Source: a virus
Lineage: Duplodnaviria > Caudoviricetes
Virus record (IMG/VR): IMGVR_UViG_3300025280_000165
Coordinates: 1-24,219 of that record
Length of the DNA stretch: 24,219 nucleotides
Direction: 5' to 3' (one strand)
The notes beneath the pieces are model-generated. The model made no database searches and had not been told where the DNA came from. It saw only the letters and a program-made list of their open reading frames with translations. Positions 8,841 through 15,425 of this stretch are shown here, one piece after another. Every line of letters begins with the position of its first letter. Positions within the stretch are counted from its first letter, which is position 1. The position numbers and the translations under genes are program-made.

Positions 8841-9038
8841 GTGACTATCAAGCTGAAAAACTGTGGTAATGCCTTCTTTCTATCAGGCAAGCAAGGCAAC
8901 GCCGACAAAGACTGCAAGCCTGTAGGCCGTAGACAAAAACGGCAAGCAAGCAAGCTCTTAAGGCAAATAAGCAGCGAGGAAGCCATTAAGATATTAAATG
9001 ATGAGACTTACTGGCAGCAGGAAGGAATGAACCAATGA
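8841..9038 (+). CDS. Hypothetical basic early protein
   Basis: GTG start with AAGGGAG RBS; ATGA coupling to the next ORF. Confidence 0.7.
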   Translation: MTIKLKNCGNAFFLSGKQGNADKDCKPVGRRQKRQASKLLRQISSEEAIKILNDETYWQQEGMNQ

Positions 9039-9115
9039 CAGGCATCATATGGTTAGATGTAGCTATAGGACTAGGTTGTGCTATAGTCATGGTTGCTTTA
9101 TTTTATACAGATTAA
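9035..9115 (+). CDS. Unannotated 26-aa putative membrane peptide
   Basis: MTGIIWLDVAIGLGCAIVMVALFYTD; AAGGA RBS, ATGA overlap with the upstream stop. Confidence 0.55.
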   Translation: MTGIIWLDVAIGLGCAIVMVALFYTD

Positions 9116-9228
9116 TTCCTCTTTAGCGTAGGGGCTAGGCAAGTTAGTCTAGCCTCTTTCTAAGTAGGAATTAGCACACAACGTGCTGATAATGACCTTA
9201 TCATAGGTCACTACGGGCTATCATGCCC
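9113..9228 (+). promoter_or_regulatory. Structured intergenic cassette B (long stem plus three short hairpins)
   Basis: 24-bp interrupted stem 9113-9173; AGCAC-acaac-GTGCT; TGACCT-TATCAT-AGGTCA (9193-9210); GGGC-TATCAT-GCCC (9215-9228); then AAGGAG RBS. Confidence 0.85.
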
Positions 9229-9244
9229 AGAAAGGAGCATCCTT

Positions 9245-9421
9245 GTGGCATCAACCATAAAGGAAGCAATGGCTAATGCTGAACAGCATAAGCAAAATAC
9301 CGAAGAAGTGCTGGACCTTATAGAAGAAGGTGCAGCTAAAATATCCCTAGGCAAGGGAGACTATGTTGAAGTCTCCATAAGCCCTAGCGGTAGAGTTAAA
9401 TTTAACATAGTAGATAAATGA
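9245..9421 (+). CDS. Unannotated 58-aa hypothetical protein
   Basis: GTG start after AAGGAG; MASTIKEAMANAEQHKQNTEEVLDLIEEGAAKISLGKGDYVEVSISPSGRVKFNIVDK; ATGA coupling to the 9418 ORF. Confidence 0.75.
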   Translation: MASTIKEAMANAEQHKQNTEEVLDLIEEGAAKISLGKGDYVEVSISPSGRVKFNIVDK

Positions 9422-9723
9422 AAACTCTCTTTGGTACACCAGTAAATCCTTTGGTATTAGAGGTATCAAAGGACCACCCATTGCACGTTAGCAATCTCAA
9501 GGAATGGTACGATCATGCTAAAGAACAGGCAAGGCAGTGTCGTTCCATGATAAGACTTGCTAAGAAGCAAGGGGATAAACGTGCTACGGATAAGCACATA
9601 ACCAACCTATATAGCCATAAAGGATATATGAAAAGTATCCGTCAGTATGTCAAGTATGGCACATGGGTCGATAACTTTTGGGGTAAAGACCAAGAGTTTC
9701 GAGTAACTTGGAGGACGTTATGA
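9418..9723 (+). CDS. Hypothetical early protein
   Basis: 101 aa with ATGA coupling at both ends. Confidence 0.75.
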   Translation: MKTLFGTPVNPLVLEVSKDHPLHVSNLKEWYDHAKEQARQCRSMIRLAKKQGDKRATDKHITNLYSHKGYMKSIRQYVKYGTWVDNFWGKDQEFRVTWRTL

Positions 9724-9968
9724 AGTGGATGAGAGTTAATTTCTCCCGTTGGTATAAGTATCCTGAAGGAGATTCTCACTTAGAAAACTCCAAATATTAT
9801 ACAGTAGCTTGTCATAATAGATCTCAAGCTATCACCAAGGCTCATGCTTTGGCAGTTAAGGATAACTTTGGATCTAAAACTTTCAAGTATTTGCTTACAC
9901 ACATACTGAATATGCAATCAAGCTACGATGTTCATGTTACAGTGGAAGGAGATGTAATGGTAAACTAA
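9720..9968 (+). CDS. Hypothetical early protein
   Basis: Start revised to ATG 9720 (GGAGG RBS, ATGA overlap). Confidence 0.7.
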   Translation: MKWMRVNFSRWYKYPEGDSHLENSKYYTVACHNRSQAITKAHALAVKDNFGSKTFKYLLTHILNMQSSYDVHVTVEGDVMVN

Positions 9969-9981
9969 TATCTCTTGATAG

Positions 9982-10102
9982 GCCAGTTGGGGGCTAACAA
10001 CCCCCGATTGGTTTATATAAGCCTAATTGGGTTTATATAAACCAATTATGGTTTACAGAATAGGTCTTACTATAGACCTATGGGTGGCACACCCACTGTG
10101 CT
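9982..10102 (+). repeat. Structured intergenic cassette, copy C
   Basis: Hairpins 9989-10005, 10007-10046, 10060-10081 (loop TACTAT) and 10086-10102; homologous to 8694-8798. Confidence 0.9.
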
Positions 10103-10123
10103 AATGAGTGAAAGGAAATAGCT

Positions 10124-10549
10124 ATGACTATTTACACACCTCATTTTGATGAAACGCCAGTAGTATATAAGCCTATAATCAGGAACATTCGGGCTTTCTG
10201 GTGCAAATGGGTCAAATCTGTACCCGGATTTAACTATGAAGAAGGGTGGGCAGAAGGGGAGAGTATCCTAGCTCCTGATCGTGCCTTGTATAGTAATTGT
10301 GATATCTTAGAGTTAGAAAGATATCGCAGAGGAGAGGGCTATGAAATAGATCACAAGGGCTATTATGATGGTCATGAGATTATGTTCATAGTTACTTTTC
10401 AAATTGGTAGTAGAATGGAGAAAAGGTTCTATAAGCCTGAACATTTCTTTCAAATACTACATGATGCAAACTTTGAATCTTACGATGAGGAGTTTACATC
10501 AAGGGCATTCCCGCCGCAACCTGAGTATAAAGTGGAGGAATCGAAATGA
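10124..10549 (+). CDS. Hypothetical early protein
   Basis: 141 aa, AAGGA RBS, ATGA coupling downstream. Confidence 0.75.
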   Translation: MTIYTPHFDETPVVYKPIIRNIRAFWCKWVKSVPGFNYEEGWAEGESILAPDRALYSNCDILELERYRRGEGYEIDHKGYYDGHEIMFIVTFQIGSRMEKRFYKPEHFFQILHDANFESYDEEFTSRAFPPQPEYKVEESK

Positions 10550-10938
10550 AGCTCGATGACTTTGACGATTGGGGCGACAGAGTAAACTACCTTGGTAGTA
10601 GTCGTCGTCGCATTACTCTAACTATCGATGTAAATATGGAATCCTTTACGGGATGGGGAACTGATGTTGACGATCATGTTCAATCCTATGTTCGTATGAT
10701 CCAAGAGAAGGGAGATTGGTTGAAGCCATTAGTGATATCAGCACAATCTTCCATGTCTCCTGTTCAATATGAATATGTGGAAGGAACGGGTCATGGTCTG
10801 GTTCCTATAGATGAAACTGAATGGTGGAAATCTATGAATGACGAAGAAGAAAAGTTCGTTAAGACGAACATATTTACAGTAAAAGAACATCAACTGTCTG
10901 AACCATCGTGGAAAGAGGAGAAAAATAATGACCTATGA
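10546..10938 (+). CDS. Hypothetical acidic early protein
   Basis: 130 aa, GGAGG RBS. Confidence 0.75.
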   Translation: MKLDDFDDWGDRVNYLGSSRRRITLTIDVNMESFTGWGTDVDDHVQSYVRMIQEKGDWLKPLVISAQSSMSPVQYEYVEGTGHGLVPIDETEWWKSMNDEEEKFVKTNIFTVKEHQLSEPSWKEEKNNDL

Positions 10939-11116
10939 ATGTCCAGAAATGGGTTGTGATTGTCATGTGGAAGGGCCAAGAGTGCTTAAATCAGCAGCCG
11001 GATTTTATATCGGGTACTTCTGTAATGAGTGTGGCCCTTGCACCAGAGATTCTTCCTACTTTTCCAATGAGGAAGAAGCTAGTCGTGTTCTTCATCTAAA
11101 TAGGGAGTATCTATAA
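10928..11116 (+). CDS. Small Cys-rich (putative zinc-binding) protein
   Basis: GAGGAG RBS; CPEMGCDC and CNEC clusters around SAAGFYIG. Confidence 0.75.
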   Translation: MTYECPEMGCDCHVEGPRVLKSAAGFYIGYFCNECGPCTRDSSYFSNEEEASRVLHLNREYL

Positions 11117-11355
11117 TGGCTTATGTTGTTGAGTTTACCCAACGTGAGTATGATAACAAGTGGATTCGTTGGGAGTTAATGGATTCCAAGAAGAAAAATG
11201 GTATTGGTGATACTTCTACTTGGAATCGATTCAAGTGGGTAATTACAGGTGTTTGGCACCATGAGCCAAAAGATCTGATGAAAAGATTATCCACTAAGCT
11301 GCACTCAATACAGGAGAATAAGGATGGTCGTCGCACTCTCACTTATCATCTGTAG
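11116..11355 (+). CDS. Hypothetical early protein
   Basis: GGGAG RBS; TAATG stop-start overlap. Confidence 0.7.
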   Translation: MAYVVEFTQREYDNKWIRWELMDSKKKNGIGDTSTWNRFKWVITGVWHHEPKDLMKRLSTKLHSIQENKDGRRTLTYHL

Positions 11356-11422
11356 CGTAGTATGTTTGCCGTTTATCATAGCGGTAGGTATGTTTATCCA
11401 TCATCAACTAACAGAAAGGTAA
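11324..11422 (+). CDS. Unannotated 32-aa putative membrane peptide
   Basis: AGGAG 7 nt before the ATG; MVVALSLIICSVVCLPFIIAVGMFIHHQLTER fills the gap before the 11428 gene. Confidence 0.55.
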   Translation: MVVALSLIICSVVCLPFIIAVGMFIHHQLTER

Positions 11423-11427
11423 TAAAT

Positions 11428-11616
11428 ATGAAACTATTTGGATATAAATTTCACGGTCGTATTCGTAAACCTAATGCACATCAAGTGCGAAAGGGAGTAA
11501 GGGATAATAACCCTAGCTTCTTCTACAAAGGAACCACCATTAATGCGGAGGGAGTAGTAGGTAAACGGTACGATATAGGAAGATTATATCTTCACGTTGC
11601 CAATTACGACAGGTAA
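11428..11616 (+). CDS. Hypothetical basic protein
   Basis: Start revised to ATG 11428 (AAGGT RBS). Confidence 0.7.
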   Translation: MKLFGYKFHGRIRKPNAHQVRKGVRDNNPSFFYKGTTINAEGVVGKRYDIGRLYLHVANYDR

Positions 11617-11625
11617 TGTTATAAT
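11597..11625 (+). promoter_or_regulatory. Strong sigma70-type promoter
   Basis: TTGCCA (11597-11602), 17 nt, TATAAT (11620-11625), with extended -10 TG at 11617-11618. Confidence 0.75.
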
Positions 11626-11634
11626 ATAACCTAT

Positions 11635-11669
11635 GGGATGGGTGGTATAATCACCATCCATCCCTTTTT
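11635..11669 (+). terminator. Terminator-like hairpin
   Basis: GGGATGGGTGGT-ATAATC-ACCATCCATCCC (12 bp, one G-U) followed by TTTTT. Confidence 0.65.
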
Positions 11670-11683
11670 ATTGGAGAAAAATT

Positions 11684-12445
11684 ATGAATACTTACAATGA
11701 CATACTAAAGGTAACTCCCGCTGATAAAGAGTATTCAGAACTGGAGTTCTTTAATGGTAATCGAATTATAAATTCTAAGAATCTAGCTACTTTAATTAGA
11801 GCTATACACGAATGTAATTTACTACCATTATGCCCATTGTTAGTAGTATATCTAGGGGGAAAGTATATAATTGTAGATGGTCAGCATAGATATATGGCAG
11901 CTAAAGAATTAAATCTATCATTTTATATGGTAGTTTTGAAGGAACCCTTTGATCTTTGTATGATAGGTAGATTAAATACCAATCATAAAAACTGGGGGCT
12001 TGGTGATTATGCTAGGCATTGGGCTGCTCAACTGGATACATCTGACATATATCAGGAGTATCTTGAGTATTATAATAATAATAATATAACACATGGGATA
12101 TTAATTGCTATATATAATCGAACACATATCAAACTACGAGAAGATGGGGGGAATAAAGTATTCAAAGATGGTAAGTTATTGTGTAATAAAGCTATTCGAT
12201 TATATATTACAGAACGATTGTATCAATTAAGACAACTAGAAGGAGCAGCTTTAAATCCTGTACTCACACGATCAACGCTACGAAAGCAGCAGTTTCAAAC
12301 TGCTATCTTGTTTGCTTTATCTAATGAACACTTCAACTATAAAAGATTTCTAAAGAACCTATATAAAAGGAGACATAATTTTAATTTAATTGCAAAACAT
12401 GTTGACATGGTACATGAAATATATAGAATAGAAAATATAAAATAG
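11684..12445 (+). CDS. ParB/Sulfiredoxin-like N-terminal domain protein
   Basis: GNRIIN, PLLVV, IVDGQHRYMAAKEL signature; GGAG RBS. Confidence 0.85.
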   Translation: MNTYNDILKVTPADKEYSELEFFNGNRIINSKNLATLIRAIHECNLLPLCPLLVVYLGGKYIIVDGQHRYMAAKELNLSFYMVVLKEPFDLCMIGRLNTNHKNWGLGDYARHWAAQLDTSDIYQEYLEYYNNNNITHGILIAIYNRTHIKLREDGGNKVFKDGKLLCNKAIRLYITERLYQLRQLEGAALNPVLTRSTLRKQQFQTAILFALSNEHFNYKRFLKNLYKRRHNFNLIAKHVDMVHEIYRIENIK

Positions 12446-12453
12446 AGGAACCT

Positions 12454-12660
12454 ATGAAAAAACATAGATACATTAAGGTAAAAGATCCTAGTTGTAAAAA
12501 TGTTAATGATATGTATGCTAATTACTCTGGGTTGTGGAACTTTTTAAAGTTAAATAAAGTACAACGAAGGGGTGATAGGGGATACATGTTGTGGACAAAT
12601 GAGCATGTATATAGATTGGAGGTAAGTAATGTCCCAACCACCAGCAGAGAGGAAGTATAA
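12454..12660 (+). CDS. Hypothetical protein
   Basis: GAGGA RBS; in operon. Confidence 0.65.
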   Translation: MKKHRYIKVKDPSCKNVNDMYANYSGLWNFLKLNKVQRRGDRGYMLWTNEHVYRLEVSNVPTTSREEV

Positions 12661-12835
12661 GTACAAAGATCATAGGGATATTGGCCCTGATATGGTTGAT
12701 TATCTGCTTTCAGCCGCCGATGTCTCCAATATCTATGCCTTGGATATTGAGGAGATTAATGATTTTTTAAATGGGCAAGAACAATATCACGATGAACAAT
12801 ATGTACAATATCAACAATCAAATAGGAGTATGTAA
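12629..12835 (+). CDS. Hypothetical acidic protein
   Basis: GGAGGT RBS; in operon. Confidence 0.7.
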   Translation: MSQPPAERKYKYKDHRDIGPDMVDYLLSAADVSNIYALDIEEINDFLNGQEQYHDEQYVQYQQSNRSM

Positions 12836-12836
12836 C

Positions 12837-13763
12837 ATGGGTGTAATGTTTAACCATGACAAGATTGATTTTAATGTAGAGAAGTTTGATCTTTATCATT
12901 GGGTATTAAAGGAGAACATCTGGAATACTGATTGTAAAGTACCAAGTGATATTGGTGTAGGTCTTAGACGTACTGATACTAAGGAACCTCTCTCTATAGT
13001 TGCTGAGGCATACGAACCAGTACAGTATAAACCTATAGTAAATAATGTTGAGCAGTCTATATATAAATCAGGTATGGATAGAACTGATGCTGTATTTGAA
13101 ACTAATGTCTTTGATAATGGAGCAAGGCTTGAGTTACGTGCTAAATTCCCTGCCCATCAGATGCAGATAGCCCAAGGAGACACAGTTATACCTGAGTTTG
13201 TCTTTCGTACTTCTCACAATAGAACATGGGCTAACAACGGTATGATGGGACTATGGAGAGGCTTCTGCTGGAATACATTAGTATCGGGAGACAAGCTGGC
13301 CTATGTCTATGGTAGGCACACCAAGAACTTTAACGTGCAAGGCTTTGCCTCAAAGATAGAGAAGGCTGCTGAGTATATAGCTAGTGGTGGACTAAAGCAG
13401 ATGAAGACTTGGTATAATACAGATGTAAGCCGTGATAACATAATTCATCTGTTTACTCATACCTTGGCTAAGAAAACTAATAATGTTAGTCGTGAGGTGG
13501 AACCTAATAAGGTTATGCTCTCTAATCTAATGAAGATCTTTGATGAAGAGAACCGTCACCTACATGGTCGAGCTAACTATGAGAAGTATGCTACTCGTAA
13601 TCGGGGTACTCTCTGGTCTGCTTATCAGGCTGCTACGTACTGGTCTAGTCATGACAAGGATGGTGGTAAACAATCCCGTCCATCACATACTGTCATAGGT
13701 GGACGAGAAGACAAGGTAAGAAAGATGTTACACTCACCACAATGGATGCAACTAGCTGCTTAA
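12837..13763 (+). CDS. DUF932 (LGT_TIGR03299-like) family protein
   Basis: Start revised to ATG 12837 (AGGAG). RTDTKEPLSIV..YEPVQ, RTSHN, R.FCWN, RHT and GTLWSAYQAATYWSSH motifs. Confidence 0.8.
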   Translation: MGVMFNHDKIDFNVEKFDLYHWVLKENIWNTDCKVPSDIGVGLRRTDTKEPLSIVAEAYEPVQYKPIVNNVEQSIYKSGMDRTDAVFETNVFDNGARLELRAKFPAHQMQIAQGDTVIPEFVFRTSHNRTWANNGMMGLWRGFCWNTLVSGDKLAYVYGRHTKNFNVQGFASKIEKAAEYIASGGLKQMKTWYNTDVSRDNIIHLFTHTLAKKTNNVSREVEPNKVMLSNLMKIFDEENRHLHGRANYEKYATRNRGTLWSAYQAATYWSSHDKDGGKQSRPSHTVIGGREDKVRKMLHSPQWMQLAA

Positions 13764-13774
13764 CTAACTGTAAC

Positions 13775-13805
13775 TAGGGAGAGATTAAGTTCTTTCCCTA
13801 TTTTT
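13775..13805 (+). terminator. Rho-independent terminator
   Basis: TAGGGAGAGA-TTAAGT-TCTTTCCCTA then TTTTT, right after the DUF932 stop. Confidence 0.75.
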
Positions 13806-13818
13806 AAAGGATAGGATT

Positions 13819-14013
13819 ATGAAAGAACCAGATGTATATCAACAGAATTTAGAGAGAATAACACAAATCGAAGAAGCTGTTGATAAGATGGTAAATGAGT
13901 GGGATTTAGAAACACTTATACACTTTGCTTGTGTAGATAGAGTAGATTACTTTTGTCAGAATGCTGATAAAGAAGAGGTACAAGAACTATTACGTACATG
14001 GGGAAAGGAATAG
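13819..14013 (+). CDS. Hypothetical acidic protein
   Basis: AAGGA RBS, 64 aa. Confidence 0.7.
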   Translation: MKEPDVYQQNLERITQIEEAVDKMVNEWDLETLIHFACVDRVDYFCQNADKEEVQELLRTWGKE

Positions 14014-14017
14014 AATT

Positions 14018-14338
14018 ATGGATAATGTAATGAATATAACAGAAGAAATGTCAGTACATATAGGACCAAAGACAGGATGTATTCTTCTTTGGGAAGAACT
14101 ACCACAATATTGTGGGAGATATGGGGGTGTTAATATGTACACTACGAATGTAAGAGATGGATTTACTATAGAGTTTAGAGGGTATGATGTTAATCCTTTA
14201 CTTAAAAAGATTAAAGAGATTAAAGATAGAAATCTTCACTTCCCATTTAATAACCATATTGACAATTTGGAAGAAGATATAAAAAGAGAAGTAAAATTTA
14301 GACTGAATGAAGAAATGGACGCAGGATATGGGATATAG
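14018..14338 (+). CDS. Hypothetical protein
   Basis: Start revised to ATG 14018 (AAGGA RBS). Confidence 0.7.
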   Translation: MDNVMNITEEMSVHIGPKTGCILLWEELPQYCGRYGGVNMYTTNVRDGFTIEFRGYDVNPLLKKIKEIKDRNLHFPFNNHIDNLEEDIKREVKFRLNEEMDAGYGI

Positions 14339-14341
14339 ACT

Positions 14342-14485
14342 ATGACTATGGAAAAAATAGAATTAACTGAGGAACAGATTAATTATATTAGACTATATAT
14401 AGAGGAGGAGATTGACTATAATATAGTTGGTTTATCTAATACAATACGAGATTCTATAGAAGCATACAATGGTGGAGCTAGATAA
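14342..14485 (+). CDS. Unannotated 47-aa acidic protein
   Basis: MTMEKIELTEEQINYIRLYIEEEIDYNIVGLSNTIRDSIEAYNGGAR fills the gap between flanking genes. Confidence 0.65.
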   Translation: MTMEKIELTEEQINYIRLYIEEEIDYNIVGLSNTIRDSIEAYNGGAR

Positions 14486-14495
14486 GGAATAGAAC

Positions 14496-15122
14496 ATGCC
14501 ATCAGCTATACATATATCTAAATTAACAGGTAAGCTAGAGGATTTTCGTGCCATCTCTGTTAATACCTTGACCAATGAGTTCTGTAATAAGATGCACAAG
14601 TCAAAGAGGAAGGATCATATATGTCCCAAGTGCTATAGTTTTGCATTGCTCACGGGCTTTCGTAAGAATGTAGCACCACCATTGGAACGTAACTCACGAT
14701 TGTTAAGCAGTCGGTTGCTATCTATTGATGATGAGCTACCCTTTATTAACGATGCTTACTTTAGGTTCGATGCTCATGGTGAGTTAATAAATCATACACA
14801 TCTTTTGAACTATATAAATATAGCACGTAAGAATCACGGCTGTAACTTTGCTTTGTGGACTAAGAGAAAAGATTTAATAAATAAATACTTTAAGTTAGGA
14901 CTTACTAAACCTGATAACTTAATCTTAATATACTCTAACCCTCTTGTTAGTAGTATCATGGACACACCACCTAAATATTTTGACAGGACATTTAATAATG
15001 TACTGGAACATGAAGAGGTGGAACGTCAGAATTGTACTGGACAACAGTGCAAGGATTGTTTATTGTGTTACACTCCTAACAATAGAGTTACCACGATAGT
15101 CGAGAAAGTTAAGAGGTACTAA
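14496..15122 (+). CDS. Gp88-like Cys-rich protein (radical-SAM-like arrangement)
   Basis: C-x11-CPKCY, FRFDAHGE, FALWTKR, PDNLILIYS and C-terminal CTGQQCKDCLLCY. Confidence 0.7.
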   Translation: MPSAIHISKLTGKLEDFRAISVNTLTNEFCNKMHKSKRKDHICPKCYSFALLTGFRKNVAPPLERNSRLLSSRLLSIDDELPFINDAYFRFDAHGELINHTHLLNYINIARKNHGCNFALWTKRKDLINKYFKLGLTKPDNLILIYSNPLVSSIMDTPPKYFDRTFNNVLEHEEVERQNCTGQQCKDCLLCYTPNNRVTTIVEKVKRY

Positions 15123-15259
15123 TGAAGAAAGTTGTTGGTAAACGTAAGAATAATCCGGTAGCAAAGCAACTTGCTAATCCTAAATGGAGAAAGAGAATTG
15201 TTATGAGCAAAGTTATGTATAACAGAAAGAAAATAAATGTGGATCATAACGAAATATGA
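15122..15259 (+). CDS. Unannotated 45-aa basic ArfA-like peptide
   Basis: GAGGT RBS, TAATG coupling; MKKVVGKRKNNPVAKQLANPKWRKRIVMSKVMYNRKKINVDHNEI. Confidence 0.65.
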   Translation: MKKVVGKRKNNPVAKQLANPKWRKRIVMSKVMYNRKKINVDHNEI

Positions 15260-15425
15260 AGAGGAGGATTTGTTTGATGTCTTGACAGATGAGGACGGTA
15301 ACACTATTAAGTTTAGCAATGAGGTGTCTGCTTGGAGATATTTAGAATTACTATGTAGTGATTACGATATATCTTCTGAAGATTTTGTTGAAAACGAAGC
15401 AATAGAAATATGCAGGATACATTAA
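15237..15425 (+). CDS. Very acidic hypothetical protein
   Basis: 62 aa, 17 Asp/Glu versus 4 Lys/Arg; stop abuts the next ATG. Confidence 0.7.
   Translation: MWIITKYEEEDLFDVLTDEDGNTIKFSNEVSAWRYLELLCSDYDISSEDFVENEAIEICRIH

Noticed and set aside
8707-9223. TetR operator (CTATCA is a tetO half-site)
   Set aside because: No CTATCA-N-TGATAG palindrome and no tetR gene; a hexamer match alone is uninformative.
10100-10122. Hammerhead ribozyme core (CTAATGAG...GAAA)
   Set aside because: Core deviates from CUGANGA, and no consistent stems I-III could be built.
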